Assembly (NCBI RefSeq): GCF_002113885.1
Contig: NW_018405306.1
Coordinates: 550,891 to 614,890 of the forward strand
Reading direction: 5' to 3'
Origin: Mizuhopecten yessoensis
Taxonomy: Eukaryota
Length of the DNA: 64,000 nt
Shown: positions 25,498 through 39,282 of the stretch, in pieces
Layout: the number at the start of each line of letters is the position of its first letter
Numbering within the stretch: position 1 is the stretch's first letter
Translations under genes and position numbers: made by a program
Notes under the pieces: generated by a model
Database searches by the model: none
Told to the model about the DNA's origin: nothing
What the model saw: only the letters and a program-made list of their open reading frames with translations

Positions 25498-28160
25498 GGA
25501 CAGCTAACATACAGAGGGTTAGTAGCTCGATAAGACTACATAGGAATAATTGGGTTGTTGGACAGCTAACATACAGAGGGTTAGTAGCTCGATAAGACTA
25601 CATAGGAATAATTGGGTTGTTGGACAGCTAACATACAGAGGGTTAGTAGCACGGTTAGACAACATTGGACGTATTGGGTTGTTGGGCAGGTAACATACAG
25701 AGGGTTAGTAGCTCGGTTAGACAACATTTGACTAATTGGGTTGTTGGACAGCTAACATACATTTGACTAATTGGGTTGCTGGGCAGCTACCATACAGAGG
25801 GTTAGTAGCTCGGTAAGACAACATAGGACTTATTGGGTTGTTGGGCAGCTAACATACAGAGGGTTAGTAGCTCGGTAAGACAACATAGGACTTATTGGGT
25901 TGTTGGACAGCTAACATACAGAGGGTTAGTAGCTCGGTTAGACAACATTAGACTAATTGGGTTGTTGGAGAGCTAACATAATTTGACTAATTGGGTTGCT
26001 GGGCAGCTAACATACAGAGGTTTAGTGGCTCGGTTAGACAGCATTTGACGTATTGGGTTGTTGGACAGCTAACAAACAGAGGTTTAGTGGCTCGGGTAGA
26101 CAACATTGGACGTATTGTGTTGTTGGACAGCTAACATACAGAGGGTTAGTAGCTCGGTTATACAACATTGGACTAATTGGGTTGTTGGACAGCTAACATA
26201 CAGAGGGTTAGGAGCTCGGGTAGACAACATTAGACTAATTGGGTTGTTGGAGAGCTAACATAATTTGACTAATTGGGTTGCTGGGCAGCTAACATACAGA
26301 GGGTTAGTAGCTCGGTAAGACAACATAGAACTTATTGGGGTGTTGGACAGCTAACATACAGAGGGTTAGTAGCTCGGTTAGACAACACTGGACTAATTGG
26401 GTTGTTGGACAGCTAACATACATTTGACTAATTGGGTTGCTGGGCAGCTAACATACAGAGGTTTAGTGGCTCGGTTAGACAACATTTGACGTATTGGGTT
26501 GTTGGACAGCTAACAAACAGAGGTTTAGTGGCTCGGTTAGACAACATTGGACGTATTGGGTTGCTGGGAAGCTAACATACAGAGGCTTAGTAGCTCGATT
26601 AGACAACATTGGACTAATTAGGTTGCTTGGCAGCTAACATACAGAGGGCCAGTAGCTCGGTTAGATAACATTTGACTAATTGGGTCGCCGGGCAGCTAAC
26701 ATACAGAGGGCCGGTAGCTCAGTAAGACAGCATTGGACTAATTGGGTTGTTGGACAGCTAACATACAGAGGGTTAGTAGTTCGGTTAGACAACATTGGAC
26801 TTATTGGGTTGCTGGGAGGCTAACATACAGAGGCTTAGTAGGTCGATTAGACAACATTGGACTAATTGGGTTGTTGGGCAGCTAACATACAGAGAGCCAG
26901 TAGCTCGGTTAGACAACATTTGACAAATTGGGTCGCCGTGCAGCTAACATACAGAGGGCCAGTAGCTCGGTAAGACAGCATTGGACTTATTGGGTTGCTG
27001 GGATGCTAACATACAGAGGCTTAGTAGCTCGGTTATACAACATTTGTCTAATTAGGTTGCTGGGCAGCTAATAATAGAGGGTTAGTGGCTCGGTTAGACA
27101 ACATTGGACGTATTGGGTTTGCTGGGCAGCTAACATACAGAGGATTAGTAGCTCGGTTAAGACAACATTGGACTAATTGGGTTGCTGGGCAGCTAACATA
27201 CAGAGGGTTAGTAGCTCGGTAAGACAACATTTGACTAATTGGGTCGCCGGGCAGCTAACATACAGACAGAGGACCAGTAGCTCGGCTAGAAAACATTGGA
27301 CTTATTTGGTTGCTGGGAGGCTAACATACAGAGGGTTAGTAGCTCGGTTAGACAACATTTGACTAATTGGGTTGTTGGGCAGCTAACATACAGAGAGCCA
27401 GTAGCTCGGTTAGAAAACATTGGACTAATTGGGTTGTTGGACAGCTAACATACATTTGACTTATTTTGGTCGCCGGGAAGCTAACATACAGACAGAGGAC
27501 CAGTAGCTCGGCTAGAAAATATTGGACTTATTTGGTTGCTGGGAGGCTAACATACAAAGGGTTAGTGGCTCGGTTAGACAACATTTGACTAATTAGGTTG
27601 CTTGGCAGCTAACATACAGAGGGCAAGTAGCTCGGTTTGACAACACTGGACTAATTGGTGCCTGGGCATTTTACATTCAGAGGGTTAGTAGCTCGGTTAG
27701 ACAACATTGGACTAATTAGGTTGCCGGGCAGCTAACATACAGAGGGTTAGTAGCTCGGTTAGACAACACTGGACTAATTGGGTGCCTGGACATCTTACAT
27801 TCAGAGGGTTAGTATCTCGGTTAGACAACATTGGACTAATTGGGTGCCTGGATATCTTACATTCGGAGGGTTAGTATCTCGGTTAGACAACATTGGACTA
27901 ATTGGGTTGCTGGGAGGCTAACATACAGAGGCTTAGTAGCTCGGTTAGACAGCATTTGACTAATTAGGTTGCTGGGCAGCTAACATACAGAGGGTTAGTA
28001 GCTCGGTTAGACAACACTGGACTAATTGGGTGCCTGGACATCTTACATTCAGAGGGTTAGTATCTCGGTTAGACAACATTGGACTAATTGGGTTGCTGGG
28101 AGGCTAACATACAGAGGCTTAGTAGCTCGGTTAGACAACATTTGACTAATTGGGTTAGTT
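25498..28160. repeat. 62-bp satellite (GGACAGCTAACATACAGAGGGTTAGTAGCTCGGTTAGACAACATTGGACTAATTGGGTTGTT)
   Basis: Period 62 (CAGCTAACAT at 25501 and 25563); about 43 unit lengths including recurrent internally deleted units; decays to ~28270. Confidence 0.97.
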
Positions 28161-28931
28161 CAGATGTTTTACAGCTGGCAGACTGACGTTTGATACACTG
28201 TAGCTCTGTTATACAACGTTTGACTAATTGTCACGCTTGCCATACTGCAGTGAGAGGGTTGGTAGCTCGGTAGTACATGTAAACGGACAAACTATGTTGA
28301 AGGTTGGACTACCTTATAAAACTCGTGTCTATTACATGACTCAATTAACATTAATCTCAGAGGACGTTTTTACAATCAAATTCATTCATAGCATCACATA
28401 AAAACAAATGCAAGAAAAATAATTATAAATTACTAAATGTTTTTCAATAAAAAATCCCTAATGACGGCAGAAAGATAACAAGGTCAGATAACACTTATGA
28501 AACGTCACATTTGGGAATTGTACAGTTTGATGATATTATTTCTTTATTGAATTGTAATTTCCAATTTGTTTTACAATGAATACTTGTTCCATTATTGCAA
28601 CCCGTTGCTGAAAAGGTTGATTGATTTATTCTGTTGTATTTCTCAATGGAATTAATATCTTCTTAATTATAATCTTCATACAAAATTGTAGAACTGTGAA
28701 TTATACAGCCAATAATACACCTGAGATGACATAAATATATTTTATGAATATACTTACAACTAACCACGTACCTCTAATACCGTATTGGGATGTTTGTTTG
28801 TGGGCTTACCACCTTGTAAATAGCCAATGATGAAGCCATTTTTGGCCCATATTACCACCGATTATTCCTAGAATGACGAAATGTTTGGTTTACCAATTCT
28901 GTGTGCAATAACACGTTTGTCTAACAATGTT

Positions 28932-29020
28932 GGGTGGTAGACTTTGTTGGGTGATAGACTCTGTGGGGTCGTAGACTCTGTGGGATATAAGACTCTGTGT
29001 GGTGGTAGACTCTGCTGGTG
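28932..29020. repeat. ~17-bp minisatellite, 5 copies, core TAGACTCTGT
   Basis: GTAGACTTTGT/ATAGACTCTGT/GTAGACTCTGT/TAAGACTCTGT/GTAGACTCTGC. Confidence 0.8.
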
Positions 29021-30169
29021 TTTCTTTCTTTGCATATACATTTTTCCATCGGATGGGTGATTTTATTCTACCAGAACCCTTCCCTATACCCGCTCCTAAG
29101 AGATTCACCCCAAGAAAGGACTGAGAACGCCCCTGACTGATATTACTTTTGAGTAGTGGCACTATTCATAATAGACACTTTACGCCTTCCTGTACTTTTG
29201 TCATTTAGGGGCTCTGCGCTTCTACCTTTTTTTCGACAATTTAATTGATGTTTGACATATTGTATCAATTACCAAGTTTCATTGGTTCAATCACGTGAGT
29301 CTCATGTTAATGTTTTAAGAGTGTTCCAAACACTTGGTATTGCTCTTGCTATATATGCATATATCATTTCTTAACACTTTGCGCCATTTTTGTCCATTTT
29401 AATTTCGTTTGAATAATGGTCTGGTGGACTCTTCGGTCTTGTCATGCTTTTTTTTTAACCTTAACTCTGAAATGCCAATCAAATTTTGAACGATTGCATG
29501 ACACCCCGACCGGCAGCAATGTTAAGTCTAAAGAATGCACCAGAGAGAGAGAAATATGAGATAGGTTAAGGAACCCTGTTCCAGTGTAGACAGACAAGGA
29601 GAGGATTCCACTATGCCTTTTTATGCATATAGAGTTACTTCCTCTTAAATTCGTTTTGGATACAACTGTTGTGTGCCTTAGAAACGGAACACACGTCAAA
29701 CCAGTACATGTATCTAGGGCGAGATTTAGACGCCCAGGGTTCGAATATTGGTCCTTGTAACAGTTTTTACACTCAGACCACTGTTGTTGATTTTTGTTGA
29801 TTATTTCGTATCGTCCTTATCATTTGTTTTTCAAGTTCTCCAATATACAAATTTCTTTTTAGATGTGATTTAACAAAGATTTACCCGTGGAATACAGTGT
29901 CCAGTTACAGCTTTTGCAGTAAGTAGTACAGGGATCCGTTACTAGCGACGCCAGGAAAAAGGATCGTGGCAATCCACCGATGTAAAAAATCTCTCACAAT
30001 GGACAGATATGATATGATAGGAATAGGACAGTCACATTCCTGTCATGAAATCCTGTAAAAGCATGGAGACTTCAATATAACAGATATCGATATGAAACTT
30101 TACTAAACTTGCGAAAGCTCGGGTGACACCCCGTAGTCACATGACTATGATATTTTAAATCGTGTAATG

Positions 30170-31270
30170 TACATGAACTCTTCAACCAAAAAATTTCATG
30201 ATGAACTATTCCAACTTTTGAATTGTAAGAGTTTAATTGTGTCTTCAGGGCTGAACATTCCGATTAACATGTTAATGTTTCCATGTAAACCTTTACACTA
30301 ACAAACATATCCTTAATATGGAATATTTACCTTCGTTTGATGCTATTACAATCTTTAGCAATAAAACTTTTTATGTTTCACCAAAATCAGACGTCCATTA
30401 TAATAAGGAAATTATGCAATATATGGGACTTTATGGAAATAGACAATAAACCAAGAAACATCGATTAGGAGGATCTTATTGACAACACGTCATGTTAACC
30501 AACATGGCTACCTTGTCAAGTTACCGATGTAAAGCTTTAGTCTTAAATAATGGTACGGGAACCCTTAGATAGTCAAAGAAATACAATTTGCAAATACAAT
30601 GAATAGTCACTTAACTTACATAACAAAACAAATTCATTTTACTAAAGGTTGAACGGAAATATAACCATGATGAAATTAAATGATCAAGTTCATCCTACAG
30701 TTTGAAAATGGAATGTGACCAAATCTGTGATGTTGCAAGAAATTTGCTTTGTGGATTGTTAATCGAACTTGACATGCATACATCTACCTGAACACGCTAC
30801 AATAAAGATATTCGTCATGCACATCTGACAGTTTTTTCATTGTCCTTCAAAATATATCCCTCTGGCCCGGACAACTGGCACGTGGTGTGCAACAACGTGA
30901 CGATATGCCCGAATGAATGTTGAGAACAATGATTACAAATTTCAATTATCACTAATCAAAAATAAAACAAAACCTACAAGTGTCACGGCCTAGGTCCCAT
31001 ATGAGGGATGTGTGTATACATGAACATCATAATATCTTCAATCAAATATAGTAACAGTTGAAAGGCTGGCATCGTAAATTGACATGCCTTTTGTTAGTTT
31101 GAAATTGATTAAGAATAATGATAAAAGTTTCAAAATACATGTAAATGAAATTAATAATTCATAATGATATATCATTTGTCTGGTTGCTGTTGGCAAACCA
31201 ACCTGAATCGGTAGTTATAATCATTTATAGCGTGCACGTTAGCTGTAATGTGTTTAATAGTGTATATCGT
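30170..31270 (+). repeat. Copy A of an old ~1.1-kb direct duplication
   Basis: Collinear blocks shared with 32924-34290 (CTACAATAAAGA..TT.GTCATGCA; TATCCCTC.GGCCC.GACAAC; AAATAAAACAAAA.CCTACA; TAGTAACAGTTGAAAGGCT). Confidence 0.8.
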
Positions 31271-32923
31271 TTCACACAAATTCCCATTGGATGTGAAAAT
31301 TGATATCAACGCAGATAACGAAATCGGTGTTTTAATTTTTATCAGTTAAGGATAAATGTTCCACTGCAGGAAAAAGGAATCTAGAAAGTTCCACTGTGGT
31401 ACTCGTAAATACCGAATAATATATCCTGAAGTTTGCTTTGGATATACTTCCGTAGTCCAGGTAGCTACATAACGTCTAACAGGTTATTTAAGCAGGCTTA
31501 CATTTTCGTGACTTCTAACTTCGCGATCTAGGCATAATTATGAAGGATAAATTTTTGGGCGGTGTTTAAGCACAGAAACAGGACTCTCGGCATACAAAGT
31601 GTACACTAGTCAGATGAATAGGCTTTGTAACACTCTTGATTTTCAAATGTATATGAATCGGAACAACCACATACTCGCTATTTCCTGACGTCATTACGAT
31701 TATGGTGTTATTATCGTGGTTATTTTACATTTGTCGTAATATACTGCAGATTATATTTTCGCTATTACGTTATGGACCCTCGAAACCGCAAAAATGTCAC
31801 TCCTTCGGAAATATCCCGCATAACGGCATGTTACACCATAATCAGAAACTTATCAAAAATGAGGAAATTATACAATTAACAAGACGTTACAGAATTAAAC
31901 AATCTTATTGTCCGAGAAATGCGGATTTGGCAAACTACCAAGTCAGTTATTCATGAACATAAACCGGCTAACGCTTTACCTACAAAGTCGTAAAAACAAT
32001 GGAAGATAAGCATGATCCTGTCAAAATAACAAAATCAACTAAAAAATGAATGAATTCTTAATTCTCGGACAAGAAAACGCTCGATGACATTATTCCAAAC
32101 ACTTTCTGTAAAATGAGGGAAAAATATAATAATGTCAGTCTTTAACACACACGTTAACAAGACATCTGAAATGGTCAGTATATTCTGGGAATAGAGTTAA
32201 ATAAAGTACTTTGAGAGACAAACAGAACAAGACAGGATAACTAGGTACGGTAAGAGTGATATCAAGGTTACAATAGGCCAGTATTTTTTTGTCACATCTG
32301 TATCACAAATAGAAGAAACGGTCCTATATTAGTTGCCACAAAACTTAGACGGTAAAGTCTATTTTTCGAGGTCGTTAATTTTGCAGATTTGAACAAGAAG
32401 TCAATTTCGCGGGATCTGTAATTTTGCCAGACAAAACTCATAGTGCTACGATAAGGATTGATTAATTTGTTCTACTCAGCAGGATATAGTCAGGCGGCAT
32501 TTTTTTACCTCGAAAATCGAAATGATTAGAGCCCATGAAAAGACAAACTTGACAGTGTTACATATAATCACCATATAGTATAGCAATCATGACCATGCTA
32601 TTCCAAACTATGATAAACGTGATGACTTTTTATTTTGCAATCGTTGATTTTCCAATTGCATCAAAAGTAGTATTCCACCTTTCTCTGCCTTCCTGGAACA
32701 CCAGTGGGATTCTCCAATTTGTTTGCCTGCAGTGATAGAGAGACTTTAAGTATATAGATGTTCTGGATAGATACATTCTGTTCCCTCACAAACTGCTAGT
32801 CAATGGTGTTCAATCTGAGTACTTCCAAATAACACTGAAGTAGGCTGACAGTCTTCACTCTTACCTGATCATTTACCTGGAATATTATCGCCTACCAAGA
32901 TTTGCTCACCGTTTACTACAATG

Positions 32924-33014
32924 TTAACTCATTCACCCCTGAAATGTCATAATAAACTATTCCAACCTTTGAATCGGAAGAGTTCAAATGTGTCTTCAGG
33001 GGTGAATGAGTTAA
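32924..33014 (+). mobile_element. ~90-bp TTAA MITE, best preserved copy
   Basis: TTAACTCATTCACCCCTGAA...TTCAGGGGTGAATGAGTTAA perfect 20-bp inverted ends. Confidence 0.88.
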
Positions 33015-33211
33015 AGACATTTATTATTTAGCTGATAAGGATACAAAGACATCTGCAACATAAAATATTCCTTATCGTTCCATAAAATTGGTATACCATA
33101 CGTAGTAATTAGCTTCTCCGACTGTAAAACCTAGTGAAGGATCCCTGTAACACTGCATGCTAAACACTTGACAATTCCAATACAAGTTTTTGTACGCTGC
33201 ATAACCTTCCT

Positions 33212-33291
33212 TAACGCGTCGACCACATTTGATCTCTTCCAATTCAATGGTTGATATAGTTCATTATGAATTTCAGGGATGAATGAGTTAA
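33212..33291 (-). mobile_element. TTAA MITE, inverted and partly decayed copy
   Basis: CTCTTCCAATTCAATGGTTGATATAGTTCATTATGAATTTCAGGGATGAATGAGTTAA. Confidence 0.75.
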
Positions 33292-33342
33292 TATCGTTTT
33301 GGATATATGTGTACTACAACTGGGTCATTGTACATTGCACTA

Positions 33343-33435
33343 CCGTTGACAAGGTAGCTCATCAGTTGAGCATCGGTATCATGTTCTGAGGTCCAGGGTT
33401 TGAATCCTGGCATGACACCGTGAATACTTCGTCAC
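33343..33435 (+). mobile_element. tRNA-derived SINE head or tRNA-like pseudogene
   Basis: GGTAGCTCATCAGTTGAGCA (A box-like), GGGTTTGAATCC (B box-like); no good acceptor stem. Confidence 0.55.
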
Positions 33436-35319
33436 TTAAAACTCCTTTTTCCATCTTTATTTGTTTATGTTTCGTAATTAAAGTCACGCCAGATGTGCAT
33501 TTCTTTTCAAAATTGTTTATTAAACCTAGAGTCATCAAGCTAAATAAATCAATTTTCAATGAGTTTGGCAGTGATACAAAAATATACTTGGGACTCACTA
33601 CGTAGTGTGCTCGTTCAAAAGATACATAATTCCAATAGCAATAATTAGGCTCTTGACTTTCTTATCAATTATTGAAGGTGAATGCCCTTTAATACAGTGG
33701 AATGGAAGTACAACCATGTTGAAATTAGTCGTCCTTTAATTTGATAATGAGACGTGACCGTTTGTGTCGTGCTGCTAGAAAATTGCTTTGCTTTGTATAG
33801 ATCTACCTAACACACTACAATAAAGAGATTTGTCATGCATACCAGACAATGATGTCTGCATTTTTATTGCGTTTAAACTGTTTATCCCTCAGGCCCAGAC
33901 AACCAGTACATGATCGTACAAAGTGTTCTAATGCAAGAGGAGGACAATGAATACGAATTTCAAAATACTCCTAAAATAGCATACAAAAATAAAACAAAAA
34001 CCTACAGATGCCACGGCGTAAATGTCGCATGGGGAATATGTACATACATCATAGTGTATTCCATCAAACATAGTAACAGTTGAAAGGCTTGTTTTGACAA
34101 TTAACATGTCATTTACTTGAAATGGATTCAGATTAATGACAATATTCTCAACCTAACGAAATTAATAACTTTTAAGGATATATCAATTAACTTGTTTCTG
34201 CTCGACAAACCAACTTTAATTTGTATACAGAGATGTATACTTATTTATGTATAACGTTCACGTTGATAGATTGTATAGTGTGTATCCAAAACTATCATGC
34301 GTTTAATGAAAACGACCATGGTACTAAATTAATGTGAGAATGAACCTTTTGTGCTTTCTGCTATAAATTTTATCCTGAATGAGTCAACATGACAACTTTG
34401 TCTATATACATGTAAAAGATAGTACATTATTAAGAGCAATAGAATCATGCGAGTGGCAGCGTTTCAGGTATTAGCCATTCATTCTATTTATGATTGTGCC
34501 AAATGTCAAAATCTGTAGATTTAGTGCAAGCGTTTGCATATTGTCTCAGACACGAAACAAGAGGCTGATAAAGCTTGTGTTAGCATGCAAAATACGAAAT
34601 GATTGCCGATATTTCAAAACTGCACCGCTCCTTTGCCTTTTAGTCCCAAAGGCTTTAAAATTTACAAAACTTGTTATTCCATGCCAATGCTATAGAAATG
34701 TATATATCAATATGCATTTATTGCAGGAGAGCTGTCAAAAAGGTAATTGAGACAAATCGTTGTAGTCAAACCTTTTCTGCCTATTTATGTCTGCTATTAG
34801 ACAAAAATATATCCAAGTTTGTAAGATGCAGAAAGATTATTCTAAGAGTTCTTGATTTTGTTCAGAAGAACACATATGCCCTTTTACCACTTTTGTATTT
34901 ATTGTGCATCATATGTATCATGTAATTTTGTATGGCATGCCGAAAGTGCTAAACTTTAAACGACTTTATAATTGTATGTATGGCACTCTTTTTAAATGTT
35001 TTTTTAGTGATTATCATTGTAATTGTTTATTGCTTTTTTGTGATTGTTATTGAATGTTCGATATTGTATATTGAAGGTTCCGTTATTCTTTACATTTGAT
35101 GACACACAATTTTCCTACATCCTCATTAGTTGCATCATAGTCACGTGGAAGTCGCTGATTTGTGATATTGACTTAGTGTTAACATTTCTGAAACAATAGG
35201 TCAGTATGCACTTCTGACGTCATTTCAATTATAACGTCACAATCATCTCTGCCAAATGCAGTATTCACCTCCTGACAATTTGCATACAAACTATGATATT
35301 TATTTTAAGAATGAATTAC

Positions 35320-35450
35320 TATTAGTTCCGATGAGTACATTTATGTGATTATATGGACCTGAGAAAGAGACATCGAACAATTTCGACTCTGTTAATATCG
35401 CTTTCTCGGGTTCATATAACCACATATTCACCTCAACAAAAGTCTATAAT
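35320..35450. mobile_element. Palindromic (foldback) MITE remnant
   Basis: TATGTGATTATATGGACCTGAGAAAG...CTTTCTCGGGTTCATATAACCACATA inverted arms. Confidence 0.65.
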
Positions 35451-37599
35451 TGAACTTTTTCATTCATATTCTATATCATGTTGTTTTTATTTTTAATCTT
35501 AACATTATAAGGAGATATCTAGCCAATGAATAAATAGAGGATATTAAATGGTTTCATGTTGAATACCATAAGTATGGCAGAAAACCGATACTATTTTAAC
35601 TCGTGAACATTTTGGTTGATTTAAGTATAAATTAATTCTCTATGGATTCATTTTTTTAAAAACTACTTTCAAGGACAAAAGTATGATTGAATCAAAACAA
35701 TTGCCGATTTATTATTTAACTGCCTTATCCTTGGTGCCATTTCTAATGACGATTGACAACAAGGCTGCGCACAATTTGGTATGGGCTATTCAACACACTG
35801 CTACTGTTTTCTGCTAAAAAGATTTGATTTAATGAAAACGTTAGTGTATGTATCAAATATGTAGCAAAACAATAACTGATTTGACCGTCCCTTTATTTAT
35901 ATGTTTACAGAAAATCGGCGACACTGCAAAAGGTCAGTAGAAATTAGAAAGTCAACATGCGATAGATATCTCGTCGGCAATTTTTTTTTTATAAATAACA
36001 TAATTGAGTTTTTACTGAACTTTATTGATAAATTTAGGATTACATATATAGATAACAAGCGGAAACTCCCGAAAACTCCCGATATTTTGTTGTTGTTGAC
36101 GTCACTACGGTGTGTTTTGTATTACGTCCGCTATGTTGTTACGTTGATGGTTATACCTTCAAAATGAAATCATTTTCCTGAAAAGCTGTATAGCAGCGAA
36201 AGGCCAAGAGAGTTGTGGTCTTCTTGTGATTTTTTTTATTGTTTTGTATCATTTTCTTGTCACATGGACTTCAATTCCATGTTTTATGTTTGATTGTTTT
36301 CCATTATGTCTTGTACTAGTATATTATTAGCGTGTAATTTAATATTTATATATATTAAAAGCATATAAAACCAACAATGCAGGAACTGCTTTAACATTTC
36401 ACGATCTTGATATCTTCCGATGCGTTACGAATTTGTATATTTGATGACTCATTAACCGTCATATCTTGTATGATATCAAGGTATATTGCCTCTGTCGATG
36501 TGGAATTATTGTTACAAGTCAATAATTTATTGGCCTTTTTAATAGGACACCGGTTTCTTGTTGCAAACACAGAGAAAAATTAATTCTGGAGAAAAAAATT
36601 AACGCAGGAAAGAATTTATTAATAGTAAATTGCAGTAAGTTGCAAAATAAGTATTTCGCTGATTTTTGTCTTGTCACAATTAAAAAAAGAAGACGGTTCC
36701 ACTCAATGAATCTATCTCATATGTTGTACGTCATTGCTTCATGGAATATGAAGCAAACCAGGTCCTGTTTGAATAGATAGTTGCTCATCAATATATAAGA
36801 ACACATAGTTTTGCATTTGATAATCGATGATGTATACGGTATGCATTGATATCCGTTGCTTTGAGTCAGGAATTTCGTCAAGATTGTATAAAGTCAAAGT
36901 TTTCTTTTAATTTTAGTGATATATGCATTTATTTCCTTTGTACTTGACAATAAACTAACAGTTTCTATTTAATTTTTACATGAATACTATTGGCATACAG
37001 TATTTTGATATGTTTTGTATCCAGCTCCTTAGGCATATACGCGACTTTAACAATGTCATGTGAAGTACTGACTTGCATGATTGAGGGTTTGAAAAGGCGT
37101 CATCTGTTTTTGCCCTTTTCCTATTTTTAAGACATGGGAATAAACGGATAAAAACACATACCATAATTCGGTTTTTTGTTTTTACCATGTAGGAAAATAA
37201 ACACGCGTGTCATCAAAGAGCAAGCGTATTTACAACATAAGGTTATAATAATTAAAATAAAGAATTGCACTGATAGACCGACGGCATACTCATATTTACT
37301 AGATTTATAGCCGCTATTTCTGTTTGTCATAATGGATATTACATATAACACCGAAGGCTTAGTTTGTTTTGAACACAAGCAGGCATTGAAAACCTATCTT
37401 ACGAGCTTTCGAAAACGTCTTTTTCTGTAAATGACCGGTGTTTCGATTCTTATCTGCTGAAAAACAATTGCCAAGTCTCAGTGTGCCGAATCAGTAAAAT
37501 CAGGTGTCAAAAACATAGAAACTTTTTCGCCCAGTTGCATTCTAAAACTGCAGGCAGGCAGGGGGATGGGTAACATGTTTAAGCATTCCGCCCCTTATT

Positions 37600-38290
37600 G
37601 GATGTTAAAATGAGGTCATAGTGATGACTCAGTTGGTGACCTCCATCGTCTCATCGAACCCCCCTTCCTTTTAGCCCAGTTGTATTGTTTGATTTTCTGG
37701 ACTTTCCATTTGTCCTCCCGTTCAAGCACTTTCGAGTTGTTCCAATCTATGATGTGATTGTGCTTGTTAGCATGGTCTGTAACGGCTGATTTATTGTATT
37801 GTTTCTTCCTTGTATTTCTAGCGTAGACTTCCTGTTTCATGGTTTCAACGTCTTTCTTATGTTCTTTAATGCGTGTTCCAAATTCCCGGTCAGTTTCTTC
37901 GATGTATGTAAGGTTAGCTGTTACTTCGAATTTGGTAAACCACACTGTTTTGTATTGATTCAGCAATTTGTCTTTCAGATGAACTAATAGTTATTTGATG
38001 GTGTAGTGTGGTCGTATGAGCGTGCTGGTGTGATGTTTGTGCAACACTCTTGAAAGTGCTTCAGACACCCTTTTATGTATGGGATAAAGTCCATGTCGTT
38101 AGTTTTTCTCTCGGTGTTTGAACGTTTTTATTTCTTTGTGCCATTTTAATTGCTTTTATTTTCCATTTGTTTGTCTACTTTCCTTCTCTGCCATTCGGGG
38201 TATTCACTTGTTGTCAGGAACTGATAGATAAGCCCTGGTCTGATCAGCTGTGCCTTTTTCCAAAATGGTCGATACTTTGTTGATAGTGAT
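37600..38290 (-). mobile_element. Penelope-like retroelement 3' fragment, degraded GIY-YIG endonuclease
   Basis: YIEETDREFGTRIKEHKKDV...SAVTDHANKHNHIIDWNNSKVLERED, plus a frameshifted upstream IP(Y)IKGVSEALSRVL linker typical of Penelope ORFs. Confidence 0.85.
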
Positions 38291-38457
38291 ATTACGTTAA
38301 ATATTCAATGGTGTTGTTTATGGTTCTAACTGATTCTTTCAATAACTGCATTTCAACGCTGTCTGTGATGTTTTAGTCTTACTTGTGTTGATAGGGCAGC
38401 GCAGCTGCAGTCAGACTTGAACTAACCCTGTACTTTTAGGATGAATTTTAACACTTT

Positions 38458-38628
38458 TAAATGTTTGGACTGAGGACTGTCCAAATTTCAATCCAATATT
38501 TAGAATAATATTCATCAATTTGGATTAATTATAAAGTCTAAGTTTGTTTTAAACACAAACAGGAAATCAAAACAAACTTAGCCTTTATAATTCGTTCCAA
38601 ACTGATGAATTGTATTCCGAAAATATCA
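38458..38628. mobile_element. Foldback MITE family; relatives at ~37355-37450, ~56985-57110 and ~59565-59800
   Basis: Shared AGTTTGTTTT(G/A)AACACAA core. TGTTTGGACTGAGGACTGTCCA is the reverse complement of TGGACAGTCCTCAGTCCAAACA at ~59774; the element is internally inverted. Confidence 0.75.
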
Positions 38629-39039
38629 CATGTTATCACATGTAGAACTCGAAATCGATAAAACTTAACTGTATACGACGAAAGGAAAGATTTACATGTA
38701 GGCTCTTAAAAAAAAGTACAAGTATTGTAGGACCAAGTGGTCCGGAAGGATAAGCGTCTTCTGTGTCATCGAGGACACATGCATTGATTAAGTTGGCATT
38801 TGATACATAAGGATGGGGGTACTGACAACGAAACAGGACATAACAGTGAGCATAATCAAACAAAATCAACCTGCATTTCACACAAAGAAACCATTTTATT
38901 TGTATTAAATCGGTGTAAAAATATCCAGATATCGTTGACTTGAAGTTAGTGAATAACCATAGGAGCAATTTTATTATTTTGAATTTGTCACGATATAAAT
39001 AGAGAATAGTATTCCTGGCCTTATACTCATGACACCGAA

Positions 39040-39282
39040 CTGATGCTCAAGCATGGATTATTTGCTCAAGCCAGTTTTCTTATAACTTGCTTGAATCATG
39101 TAACACGGAAAAAAGTCAAGTGTTAACATAGAAAGCAGTAGTTATTGCTCTATTCAATATTATTCCTAAGTCATTAGTAAAAGGAGAATGTGTTTATGAA
39201 CTAAACACGGGAGGAAAAACAATTGGACTTGATCACAGAATTTGAGATTGATCATGAGAACGGTCTCATGAATACGGGCCCT
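39040..39282. mobile_element. Non-autonomous DNA transposon remnant ending ATGAATACGGGCCC; partial relative at ~18435-18540
   Basis: TTATAACTTGCTT(G/C)AATCATGT shared between both sites; TIR-like end. Confidence 0.5.

Larger units (their letters stand above)
32924..34290 (+). repeat. Copy B of the old direct duplication
   Basis: As for copy A. The clearest homology is 33775-34280 vs 30738-31265. Confidence 0.75.

Noticed and set aside
25498-28160. CRISPR-like array (also considered for 51176-53672)
   Set aside because: No unique spacers, no cas genes, and a eukaryotic intron-containing context.
33343-33435. Functional tRNA gene
   Set aside because: Degenerate A and B boxes with no acceptor stem; better explained as a SINE head.
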